Shown here: piece after piece, positions 41,138-53,075 of the stretch | Position numbering within the stretch: the stretch's first letter is position 1 | Layout: each line of letters opens with the position of its first letter | NCBI GenBank assembly: GCA_028534125.1 | Contig: CM052817.1 | Coordinates: 59,460,001-59,524,000 of the forward strand | Reading direction: 5' to 3' | DNA: 64,000 bases | Source of the DNA: Lama glama | Lineage: Eukaryota | Program-made: the position numbers and the translations under genes | Notes under the pieces: model-generated | Told to the model about the DNA's origin: nothing | The model's database searches: none | Seen by the model: only the letters and a program-made list of their open reading frames with translations

Positions 41138-42539
41138 ATTTCTTTTGCTAACTACATTTAAATCAGCTAATTTTGGCAAAATTTTACTTAAGATAAATTA
41201 TCCAGATGCTCTTTTACCTTTCTATCTCTATAATTCTTACAGGCTAACACCCAGAGACCTAGACTAGATATGAAGAGAAGGTCCAATGATCCAATTTTTA
41301 CTGCTTCTCATTCTTAGCACTTTGTACTGACAATCTTAACTCTTTTTCTTTTTTTTAAGTACTAAGGCAGTAATTGGGTTGGTTATACTTTTTCTTTAGT
41401 TTGTCAGAGTCAATTGGTTGATGTAAAACTCATTTATACTTTTAGAATCATTTTATATGACCAGTTTACAAAATATGACATTGAGTTTCCAAGTATTGGT
41501 TAAGGAGATCTAAATATCATAATTTGTATCAGAAACCTCTCATGTTATTTTTAATTTACATATTTTTAAAAATTTAACATTCTGCCAGAAAAATTGTCAT
41601 AGGATAAATTTTATTTTCATTAACTCAATGAGGTTGAAATTTACTTATTTTAGAAAGCAACTTGAAATGAAGGTAAAAGTGTTACTTTGTCATTACTAAA
41701 GTTTCTTTGATAATAATTATTCAATTATCTATTCCTTAAAACTATACCATGAAATTATTGTACGTAAAACTCAGTGCTTACCTGAGAAGGTAAATGTAAA
41801 TGATATATTACTTTAAAGATGCACATGATCAAAAAATGTAGTTCTATAGACCAAAATTATGCTGCAGTGTAATAAATACTGTAACTATGAACAAAGTCAA
41901 TTGTTAGCCTATTAGTCATGCTTTGGCCTCTTTCTTTTCATTCTGAGTCTGTTTTTAGTAAGCTATATGTTTTCTTTTTATACTAACATTTGTTTAACTA
42001 TTTCCTTTAGAAGATTTATCTTCTTTATATGAAAACAGCATGTATAAATAGTAGGAAACTACTTACCCTAGCATAAAACTTACCTCTGCCTCCTGTTTAA
42101 ATATTCACTAGCTGCATGAGTTATTGCAACCTACTTCTACTGTGTGTCATCAGTGCTACCCTTGAGGTAAAAGTGGCTCACACAGTCAAATATCTAAGAC
42201 ATATTAAGAAAGTAAGAGAACTCCTACAGGGAAAGTTAACAACTTACATGTACCTAACTTTCACAATCAATTCAGATGATGGTTATGTTCCAAACAACTA
42301 TACATTTGCTTCAACTGTTCAACATTCATCCCAGTTTCAGTTGCCCCTGCTGAGTGTGCCCATGCTTGAATCACTTCATAGATTAATTACTGCAATTTCT
42401 TAATATTAATATTCAAAAACAAGCTTTGAGAATAATGCAAACTTATGTATATTCTAATGGTATGTGAAAAATATATAAACAAATGTACTGAAAAACTAAA
42501 CTTTCATTTATAAACGAGTAAGCCAGAAAGCAGCTTCTT

Positions 42540-42970
42540 GTATTATGATTATCATTTGGGATTGTTTGATTTCAAGCAGCAGAAACTCATCCTAACCAAA
42601 CCAAGCAAAATGAAATTGAATGGAAAGATATTTAAATCCACAGAAACCAAGGGAGGCTACAAAATCAGGTTTAAAATTATAGAAACTAAAATATCTATGG
42701 AGTTCAGAAAACAGAAATAAAATAACATTCCAATAGCAGAATGGTTAGAATGATTATGGTCAGAATTCTATCCTTAGGATGGCTGGAAATCTAACCATTT
42801 TCAGTTCCATTATCCTTCTGCTTCTGATCAAATTTTTAGGAAGTATACATTAGTCTAGACTAGGAAATATGTCAGTTAGTGGACGTGGTTGGTGGGGTGG
42901 GGATTTCTCTAAATAAAATTGGAGGTGGTAAGTAAGAAGTGGATTCTAGACATTGAAAAATATTAAATAT
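42540..42970 (-). mobile_element. Old MLT1-like LTR remnant
   Basis: ttcaagcagcagaaactcatcctaaccaaaccaagcaaaa resembles the MLT1J-L terminus; highly diverged. Confidence 0.4.
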
Positions 42971-43119
42971 TCACCACGGACAATGTGTATTTCTATTTTC
43001 AGTACTATACTCCACACAAGGAAAGATTTTATCTATCTGTGACAATAAGTGATGTCTAATTACTTATGTAATATTTATAAAGTTTTAAAATATCCTAACA
43101 TGACTTTTAGTTTAAGCTT

Positions 43120-45110
43120 AGAGATACAGTGAACTAAAAGAGAAAAGCTCCACTCCTTAAAAGAAGAAAAAATCTGAACATGCAAAAAAATGAATAACTT
43201 TCTGTGAAACCATCAAATAATAGATGTCGCAAAATGAATGGCCACCCCAAAGAAAGACAGATACCTGCAGGGAGAGACAGAAGCCAAGCATTTGTTTACC
43301 TGAGAAGAAACCACTAGACAACATACAATCTGATAGGAACATTAAACTAGAGATTTTGACACATACTTAAAGATAGAATGTGAGCTGGTAAGAGAGTGAA
43401 AATCCTGTTAGGGAAATTCTCATCCACAGACTTGCTTTTCCTCCAGGAATTCTACCTGGCTCTCACAGGGACCACCAGGAAGAACCTTGAGACAGCTCAT
43501 CTAATGAGGATGGGGATCTTTCTCTCTGACCGAGCAAAGGCTCAGTCTGCAGGGGGAAGGGTAGAGCCTGAGGACACATGCAAAATTCATCTCGGTTAGA
43601 AGACAGGAACTCCACCCGGCCCGAGTTTCCTGTGTGTCTTGGCTTGCTAGGGCTGCTATAACTAAATACAGAAGACTGGGCAGCTTAAGCAACATGCTTA
43701 TTTGCTCACACTTCTGGAGGTTAGAAGTCCAAAATCAAGGTGTCAGAAAAAAAGTTTCTTCTGAAGCCTCTCTCCTTGAGTGCCTTGTTCCTAACCTCAT
43801 ATGGTCTTCTCCACACATAGGTATCCTGGGTGCTCTTGGTATGTCCTAATTCCCTTTTCATACAAAGACACCCATCAGATTGGGTTAAGGACCACCCTAA
43901 CAGCTTCATTTTTAACTTAATCATTTTAAGGGTTCTATCTCCTCATACAGTCACATTCTGAGGTGCTAGAGTTTAAGGATTCAACATACCAATTGGGCGG
44001 GGGTGGGGAGGGGACAATTTAGCCGAAAGCACGATCTCATCCAAGGGAAAACGAATAAAAGTTTCAGTCTGCAGAAAAGAAGACCACAGGACATAGACTG
44101 AGAACACTGGAGGACACCCACAGCAGTGAGGAAAGAAATGGGGAGAACAACTACACCTATGGAGGAAGGACAGCACACCGTGAAGGCTGTACTTCTAAGA
44201 CAGGCTCCCTGTGCACGCCAGACTAAGACTTACTCAGTACATTAGCACGTGCTTCCCAGCCCCACACTGTACCATCACACTCTAAGCCTCTACTGATAAT
44301 ACCAGTGGATTAAGGCTGGTAGATCTGCAAGAGACAAGAGTCTCTCTTGAGCATCTTAGAAAGGGGAGAACAGAAGCCAAGAGTGGAGAATAAGACAAGC
44401 TCACTAGAGGCATCTGAACCTTGGAGTGCCCACATCAACAAAGTGCTTCAAACACAATGTACTATATTAACATAAATCCTCACTTCATAGTTCTGTTACC
44501 TAGGTATCCATTGTCCTGTATAACATGCTCAACATTCAAGGGATGACAAAAGGCAAGGGGAAAAAAACCTGAAAATACAACACAATTATCAGAACCAGAC
44601 TCAGACATGATACAGCTATTGATATTGTCAGATAGATTTTAAAATAACTATAACTAATATGTTGATAGCGTTAATGGAAAAGATAGTCAAACATGCCAGA
44701 TCAGGTAGGTAATTCAACACAAAGATGAAACTATCAGAAATACTCAACTACAAATACTAGAAATTAAAAACACAGTAACAGAATGAAAAATGGCTTTGAT
44801 GAGCTCATCAGTAAACTCAAAAAGCCGATGAAAGTGTAAGTGACCTTGAAATACAGCAACAGAAATTACACAAATTGAGATGCAAAGAGAAAAAAGGAGT
44901 TAAAAGAAGAGCAGAGCACACATGACCAAATGGTATAGCATATATGTAATTGGAATATCAGAAAGAAAAGGTGAGAATTTACATTATACCCCAAAATAAA
45001 AACCATCAAAAACTGAATGAATGTAAACATAAGTTTTTTCACTTATTGTAATTGCTCTAAAAGTTAGCTGACTAAAACAGTAACAGTACCATATATTGTC
45101 TTTTTACAAC
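43120..45110 (+). mobile_element. Old LINE-1 5' UTR and ORF1 fragment, split by an MLT1 LTR
   Basis: atcagaaccagactcagacatgatacag, taaaataactataactaatatgtt, aaaaatggctttgatgagctcatcagtaaact ORF1 motifs. Confidence 0.75.
43635..44031 (-). mobile_element. MLT1A/B-like solo LTR
   Basis: ttgctagggctgctataactaaatac, ttctggaggttagaagtccaaaatcaaggtgtcag, cagtcacattctgaggt. Confidence 0.88.
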
Positions 45111-46984
45111 ACACATAAAAACATCATTAATAGAAAGTGTTTAACTGTGACCTAAACTCTATTGCTGTGACTACCAATGATATCCCTACAACACCAGCAA
45201 GGAGGACACATTTCCTTGACTTGGTTAGTTAATATAAATTTATAATTTGCCTTGGATTGATTCTGAAAGGTTTATCCTGTTAGGCCTTCCCATAACATAA
45301 CATGTTCTCTCACTCTAATTAGATCTTTCACAGTGTGGTTTTACAAGTGTTATTCTCCTGAAACAATACATTCACATTTGGATACAGTGAACATTCTTTG
45401 ACATGCCACAATTAAAAGGTTTCTAAAGAAGAAACTCCTTGAATTTCTAAATAATGTCTAAAAAGAGCTGTTTGCCATCTCTTTTAATCAAATGAATAGA
45501 GTATGTTTTATTTATATTAAAAAGTATTGTATTTTATATTAAATAAAATTATAAAAGGGTGCATCATACAATAACAGATTTTAAACATAGCTAGATTATT
45601 ATGTTGATCATTTAGAAGTGGTTTCAGCCCTTCTTTTCCATCCAATTAGCATACATCTTCAATAATTTGTGCCTTATTGAAAAACATAATTATAAAGTAA
45701 TTATGAAAATGCAAAATGTCATTAATTTCATCCTCTATGGATTTAGCAGCCTAATAATACTCATCTAAATTTTGGAACTTCCTGTTAAAATCAGCCAACA
45801 TGTAAAAGAAAATAAAACTTGTACATGCCATCAGGGGCATTTATACTTTTCTTAAAATTATTTCCCCAAAAGTATCTTATTTGTGTACTTTTAAAATTTA
45901 TTAGGATTCCATTAGACATCTGACCTGAATTTTTTCTTTACATTTGTATAAGTTTGCTATGTATAAAAGTATTTGTCACTATATTCCTATAATTTGCCAT
46001 GGAATTACTGTACTAAAGGAAATATGTTCGTGACAACTGACAGAAAAATTCAATCACTGACATTAAAAGTTGCAAAATATGCTTATCCCTCATAGATAAT
46101 ACTATTTGATCTGATTTCAAGTTTTGGGCTCTCTTGCTTTTTCCTCTAAATTTTAATTTTAACTTGTTTATCATCTATAGAAAGGAAAGAATCCTGAATG
46201 AAATCAGCTATGCAAATTTTAAGGAAAAAAAAAAGACTGTTTTTTCTTTTACTACTGCTTTAGTTTGTGGAAATTAATAGTGTCAGACTTCAATGTAATG
46301 ATGGATATTAAAAGCATTTTACATTGATTCTGTTCTCCAAAAATTACCAAAACTAGCCAAAAAATGAAAATGAGAAGGATTAAAAAAAAAACTATCTTTG
46401 TTGAAACAGGTAAGTGATCATAACAAACAAGAATCTGTGATATTACCTGCCAAATAATTTAAGAGTGGTCAAAAGCAAGGTAATCTACTGAGAAAAGGCA
46501 AAATCTTACGCAATTGTAGCAAATGGCTGTAGTTTTTTAAAAGCCTAGATTGACACAAGATTAACATCTGGGAAAGTACTAGGTGCTTACACACACATAC
46601 CACACAAACATAACATACCCTACAACATTTATGCACAGTATTTATGTTTGTGGCAAAATTTACAAAGGTATGGAAACATAGAGAAGATTTACTTTCCAAA
46701 TTACAAACATCTTTATGATTTTTTATATATTCCTGGGTGGAACTTCCTTTACTTACCTTTATAGCTTCATGCTCCCTCTCTGCTTTCCCCTAATTTCATT
46801 GCTTCCTTAAATAAGTCTAGCATTATTGTTTGCTCAAGATTAGCCTACCAATTTGCAAATAATGTGTTCCTTCAAATATGAGCCATTTCTTTTAGATCTT
46901 TTTCTGCTCACCCTCTTTGATTTTCTCTGCAATAACTGCAATAACTTATAAGGGCATTGACAGTGTATCATGTCATGGTAAAAT

Positions 46985-47180
46985 GATTACCAACATTCTG
47001 AATGCCTACTGTATAATCGACAAATATCTTAATATTAATCCTCACAATAATCTTACAAGGTATATAATTTTTCTCCAGTTATAAAATAAGTGAGAGATCA
47101 GAGAACAACTTACCCAAGGTCACAGTCAGTAATTGGAGGAGCCTGTTAAATCTATCTAAATATCAGCCCTGTACATTTCC
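46985..47180 (-). mobile_element. MIR SINE fragment
   Basis: taatcctcacaataatctta, aacttacccaaggtcacag. Confidence 0.7.
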
Positions 47181-47333
47181 CATTACATTTATCTGCCATT
47201 ATTAATCCAGGTCATCAAAGAACAGTTTGATTATACTCAATGCCTCTTGTTTAATAAGTAATAGAAGTATGTAATTCACTAAGAATGATATTCATCAAAA
47301 TAGTTAAAACAGAAAATAATTTGCAGCACTTAC

Positions 47334-47518
47334 CAGGGTAAATGTCAATCATCTGAACATTTCCTTTAGGTGGAAGAACTCTTCCACTGACAACACCAGA
47401 TAAATGAGGTGTTTCTACACTTAATTGTCTGCTATGCTTCTGCTTCTGTGCATGTTTTTCATCTCCATCTAGCATTCCATTATTTGATTCATTTTCAGTT
47501 ACCAATGAAGATTTGCGT
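47334..47518 (-). other. Candidate spliced exon (185 nt, 61 open codons) of an unidentified gene or pseudogene
   Basis: No repeat recognised here; CTG|GTAAGT donor at 47333-47328; weak acceptor ttctaaaatag at 47520-47519; open frame RKSSLVTENESNNGMLDGDEKHAQKQKHSRQLSVETPHLSGVVSGRVLPPKGNVQMIDIYP. Confidence 0.4.
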
Positions 47519-49169
47519 CTATTTTAGAACTTCAAGCATTTAAAAACTCATGGTAATTTGCTTCACACCAACATATCTCCAAGTTTTCATTTTCAGATGA
47601 CATCATTAAAATTGTACAGCATAGTATGTTCTCGGAGTGGCATTAATTTTGGCACAGGCTCGGAAACAGTTTCATCTCTGCCTGATCTGGAACGGTACTC
47701 TGGCCTTGGCTTCATGAAGCCCCTTCTGGCATACCTTTTGTCTTCCTAATAACATTTATCTCAGCCAGGCTTTCAAGCTACTTAAACCATTCTCTGAGCA
47801 GTTTTTGTTTAAATTAACCCCCATTTCATTGTTTAAAACTATGATTAGAGATGATTTGCAATAATAGATAAAAGGTGATTTTCCTCATAAGCCATCTTTG
47901 TCTGTCAATATTTGAAATGGTTCATTTTTATCACAGGAGTTAAACAGCACATAATGACTTTGCCTTGCAATTCTGTTATTTCCTTTCCTTCTCTTCATTT
48001 GCTGTTCTCCTTCTTTATATTTTACCTTCAGAACTTATGTATACTGATTTAATCCACCCATACAGGAGATGATAACTGAAAAAATAACTTCTGAAGTTAA
48101 GGAAAAGATTGGAAAGTGCTAGATATTTTGAGAAGAGGCTTTTAGACTAAATAAATAGATATACAGTTCGATTCCTATCACTTTTCTTCAACATTATCCT
48201 GGATGCATTTCATTACAACTTGATATTAGCATGTAAAAATATTTTCAATGACAGCAATTGTGTAGCAGACATTTTGAGCAAATTTTATCTACTAAGGACA
48301 TAACCAAGATTCTGACTGGTGATATTTGGGGGATATACTGATTTACAGTTTTACATGCTGATGTTATTAATTTTCCAGAGGTTTGCCATATTCTCTAGTT
48401 GTAACTAAATTCAGATAGTAAGCACCTATCTATAGTTTGGGCCATGTGAGGCAGCAGAAAATAGTAAATTGTTCATGAACTTTTAAGTCAGTGCCTGAGG
48501 AGGCACTCCTGCTACTTCCCTGTCATTAAGCATGAGCAGATTATATTACACTGAATAGAGTACATCTACTTCAGCAAGTCCTGGGATAACATCAAGCCAG
48601 TGCCAAAGAAACTCCTCGCGTGTTGACATCATTGCTCAGAGTATATAAAAGTACATGGTCAAGGCAACAGTGCTTAGAATGATCTACTAAATCATTAATA
48701 ACTGTTAATAGATATCGCTATAGAATATGGTAGTGATTAATTTGTGATTTGAGGCTGATTTAGGGTTTTGTTTTGAATTTTTCATCCCTTCAAGTATAGT
48801 GTCAAAAATATAGCACATAAACTTGTTAACTCACAAACTTAAAAGTTAACAACTTTCATCAATATAAACAGTGCTCCAGAGCAAAGCCCTTTGTCGCTTT
48901 GCCAATAGGAGGCAGAAGTCCTATCAGAACAATTTACCCATACTCGTTAATTGCACTGATTATGTTTGTTCTCTTTTGTACTTAGTGCTAGTCTGTTTAT
49001 TAATATTAAACATATCACACTTATATTAAGTGCAAAATAATTAAAACATTGGAAGCGTCTAGTAACATGGTATGATAAGAGCATCACGTTCACCACTGAG
49101 TTCTAGAGCGATTTTCACCTGGTTCTGTCTAGTCCAGGAGGCAAATCTTTCCCATTATGCCAGCAAGGC

Positions 49170-52100
49170 CCAAGGTGTTCAAGGTCCCTGTTCATGAACA
49201 TTACAATCAACTTCTAATTATTTTTTAAAAAATTCTGGTCTTCTTTCAGATATTGATGTCTCCCAAGTAGCTTTTAACTATGTTTATTCATGGGCTGAAC
49301 TGGGATTTTTTTTCTTTCTACTTAAAAGGACTAAAAGGAATATGTCCATTCCAGATTTAGCTAATCTGGCAAACCAGCTCTCTCACAATCTAGATGAGTC
49401 ACCTTAAAGGAAGCTGCAAAAATTCTTAATCTTTAACTCCAGCAAGTAAAGGCTCCTAAATAAAACTAAAACCCTCCTAGTTTCTTCTATTATTGCAAAA
49501 AATCTGGACACTGGAAAAGAGATTGTTTCAAGTTTAAGCACTTTAGACTCAGTCCTCTTACCAGCCTTTCCAAGGCCCTCCCAATTCTCAGGGATGGGGC
49601 TCCAAAGAACTGCAGGGTCTTTCCCAATCCTCCCTTTTAATTGGTTTGGAGAAACATTTCTCCAGATTGGGGATGAATCTCTTCCAAACTTGAATAGGAC
49701 CCATATTCTTGGTGCTCAATCCCACTACTATAAAGCAGCCCTGATTGGAGTCCTGAAACAGTTCACATAGTGAGGATCCCTAATGAACCTCAAGAGGGTC
49801 CTGTCTCTGAATCTGCTCCCTCTTGTTTAGGGCCTTTGAGAGGTATACACCCCTTTTCCCTTAGTTCCTCCACCTTTATCCATTTATTAGGCTGAGATCT
49901 CTTTGAGAAGTATCATGCCAAAATTTCTTTCTCCAGAAAGAGGAAAATATTTCTTAAAATTGACCGTAGTCATCAAAGTAACCTATTAAGTGAATTAAAT
50001 GACCCTTTGACATCTTTTATTTTTTATTTGTACTCGAGCTCATTCTGGAAACACTAGTAATTTGTTGGGTCTAAACACATCTGGCAGATTCCTGCTTTGA
50101 GGGCCCCTCAAGCATCCAGTTACTGCCCTTTAAAGATAACAAAGAATATTCATTTCTTAATACACACCTGCCTTAGATGAACCAACTACTCTAGACAACG
50201 ATCAACCTTACAATGCCCGGAATCCTGGCCACCAGGACTGGCCACAACCCCCTACCGGAGTCATGAAGCCCTACCCTTCATGACCCCTTCCCTTCCCTGT
50301 TACCTCAACATCAAGCAATCAGAGAATTGTGCATGAGCCAATCACACAGCCTGTGGCCCACTTTGTGCCTGATGTCATGTCAGAACAAGCAGTAAGAGGT
50401 GATCCTCCCTTATAAAAGACCACAGCAACTGACTCGCAGGGCACCAGACACCTCTCGTCTGTGGCCTGCTCTTGTCTGTAGTAGCATACCTCATAAATGC
50501 CTTTTATATTTTCACCCTTTTATCTCTGGTAAATTCTTTCACCACCTGCATATCAGCCCACCAGACCCCACAACACCCACTAAGTGAATTAAATAACCCT
50601 GATCATTTGTCCCTATTGAATCAGCTGCAACTTTCCTTATGGGCAAAATCACCAACTGATGGCAAAATTCACAGTGCATCTCCCATCTAAATTCAAATAG
50701 ACCCCTCAAAACCTCTTCCCAGAATCAATCAATACTCTAAAAGTAAAGAAGCCCTTCAAGGCATAAAGACCATAATAGATGATTAAAAGACTCAAGGCCT
50801 TATTATCCATTGTATTAGCTCCTATAACACTCCCATTTTATGGATGAGAAAAACCTAAGGGCTGAGAGTAGAGATTTGTCCAGGATCTACAAACAATAAA
50901 CAACATTGTTACAACCAGACACCCTGCTGTTCCTAACCCTCATACGTTACTAGCACCCATTTCACCAGAAGTAAATTCTTCACTGTAGTTGATTTATACA
51001 GTGCATTCCAGTTGATGAAGCTATTCACTACCATTTTACCTTCACTTGGAAAGAAAAACAATTTACCTGGACAGTAACACCGCAGGGTTATACTGAGATT
51101 CCTTACTTCATGCAAATCCTGACGGCTAATCTAGATGTTATAAACTTCCCTAGAGTTTCTACCTTGTTGCAACATGTGGATGGCTTGCTTCTTTGCTCCC
51201 CTTTTCAAACTCCCTCACATGAAGACAGCATCCACCTGCTAAAGCTTTTAACTTTAAAGGGACATAAAACTGTCAGAGAAAAAATGCAGTTTGCCCAGTA
51301 TTTAGGTTCAATATTTAGGGCATCTGATAGCAGAACAAGGGATACACCTGGATCCAGACAGACTTCACGAGTCCTAAGTTTCCCCAGACCCACAGCTAAG
51401 TGCCAGTTGTGAGGTTTGTCAGGCTAGTTGTTTATTGCTGAAATTAAATTCCAAATTTCTAAGGCCAAACCTGTATATGTTTTACTCAACAATAACAACC
51501 CTGACCCAAATTCATGGAAGGAACAACATAGCCTTCAAGGCTGTAAAGGAGAGTTTAAGGAACCCATCTGCTCTTGGGCATCCCAATTATCAGATTTACT
51601 TTTTTCCTTTTTGTATATGAAAAGAAAAGAAATGCTGTTGGAGTTCTCACCCCAAAACATGGGGACCACCATTGACCCACAGGGTATTATAGCCAGCGTC
51701 TGGACCCTGTGGCATGGGGATACTCCCCTTGGAGCCATTATGGCCACTGCCCTTTTGGTTAAAGCCACCAAAAAAAATCATTATGGGATCCCCTTTGGCC
51801 ACTTTTAAACTTCATGCAGTAAAGGCTTTCCTGAATTCTCATCACACTCTGCACTTTTCAGGCAGCAGTCTCACCTCCTAAGAGGTCCTGTAGTTAACTG
51901 ATCCTCACATAGCTCTTTCACATTGTAATAACCTTAGCCTGGCTGCCCTTCTCCTTTTCCTCACTAATGCAGTCCCTCACGACGGCTTAATGCTGACAGA
52001 CCACTCCTGACTCCTTGTGATGATCAATGGAAAATTCCATTGGGTAACATTGACTTCTCACGGTTCACTGATGGTTCTTATTTAAAAGGTGACGACGGCA

Positions 52101-52890
52101 AATACTGTGCTAGGGATGCTGTTATAACTCCTTGTGATGTTGTTGAGGCAGCAACGTTCTATGGCCATTTCAGCCCAACAGGCTAAGTTATACTCTCTTA
52201 CAGAGTCCTGTACTTTAAAGACAAACCTGTCAATATTCATACTGAAAGTACATGTGCTTTCAAAGTAGTCACGATTTTGAAATGTTGTAGAAGGAATGTG
52301 GCTTCCTTACTTCCAGTGGAAAAACAATTTAAAATGGCCCCTATGTTCAGGAATTACTGAATGCAATACTTTTCCCTGCTGCTTTAGCTATTATTAAGAA
52401 TCTGACGCATTCTAAACTTGATTCTCTGGAAGCTAAGGGAAATCACTTTGCTGATATTTCCATAAGGAATGTTCCCCTAAAGGGACCAATAGCAGCCCAA
52501 GCCTTTGTCATGGTCCAAAGGAATATTTCCCCAAAAGATAATTTAGAAAAACTGGCTAGAGAAGCCCAATAATTGGCCTCAGAAAAGGAAAAAAAATAAA
52601 TATTGGAAATTCAACAACTGTTGGTTTTATAAAAAGAGAAAGCTCTGATTTAGATCAACTAACAACTCAGTCCTACTGAGACTCTAAAATTCCCACTCCT
52701 CATCATGCATTAAACCTTTGGTCTACCGACAAAATGACAGCTTTCATGAATCAGTGTTGGTGGACAAACATTTACAAGGCTGCAAAAAGTGCAGCCTTGT
52801 CACACTTGCCCAAAGTACAACCCAGGAAAACCTGTCTGTACTGCTCCCAGACATTTTAAACTGCCTAAAGGACAATTTGAGCTCTGGCAT
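49170..52890 (+). mobile_element. Class I (gamma/epsilon-like) ERV gag-pro-pol remnant, frameshifted, truncated in the integrase, no flanking LTRs seen
   Basis: Gag knuckle FYYCKKSGHWKRDC (49485-49526); RT peptides RFVQDL, PAVPNPHTLL, FTVVDLYSAF, FTWTVTPQGYTE and LLQHVDGLLL (YVDD position 51173-51184); RNase H FTDGSY (about 52064-52081) and GNHFAD; integrase CHTCPKYNPGKP (52798-52833). Confidence 0.93.
50063..50575 (+). mobile_element. Solo LTR (513 bp) inserted between pro and RT of the older ERV
   Basis: Terminal inverted repeats tgttgggtct.. / ..agaccccacaaca; TATAAAA at 50411-50417; degenerate poly(A) signal cataaa at about 50492; pol sequence resumes after it. Confidence 0.8.
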
Positions 52891-52891
52891 A

Positions 52892-53075
52892 GCTTGTATC
52901 ACCATTTGACAAATCATTTTTAAATCTGTTTATTTTCTGTTTCCTCCTTCTACTGTCCACATTGGAATGGATGCTCCATTGAGGGCAGGGACTTTGATTT
53001 GTTCATGACACAATAATATTCTAGATTAGTACCTGGCACCGTGTAAGGCCTCAATAAATATTTATTAAATGAGTA
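52892..53075 (+). mobile_element. L2 3' end
   Basis: gctccattgagggcagggactttg..tagtacctggcac..ctcaataaatatttattaaatga. Confidence 0.88.

Noticed and set aside
46407..46415. Plus-strand CAG|GTAAGT perfect donor
   Set aside because: No convincing exon or partner exons on the plus strand; about one such site is plausible by chance in this window.
51110..51808. 100-aa and 126-aa ORFs as a domesticated retroviral gene
   Set aside because: Frameshifted pol fragments with the catalytic motif mutated (HVDG); no long intact frame.
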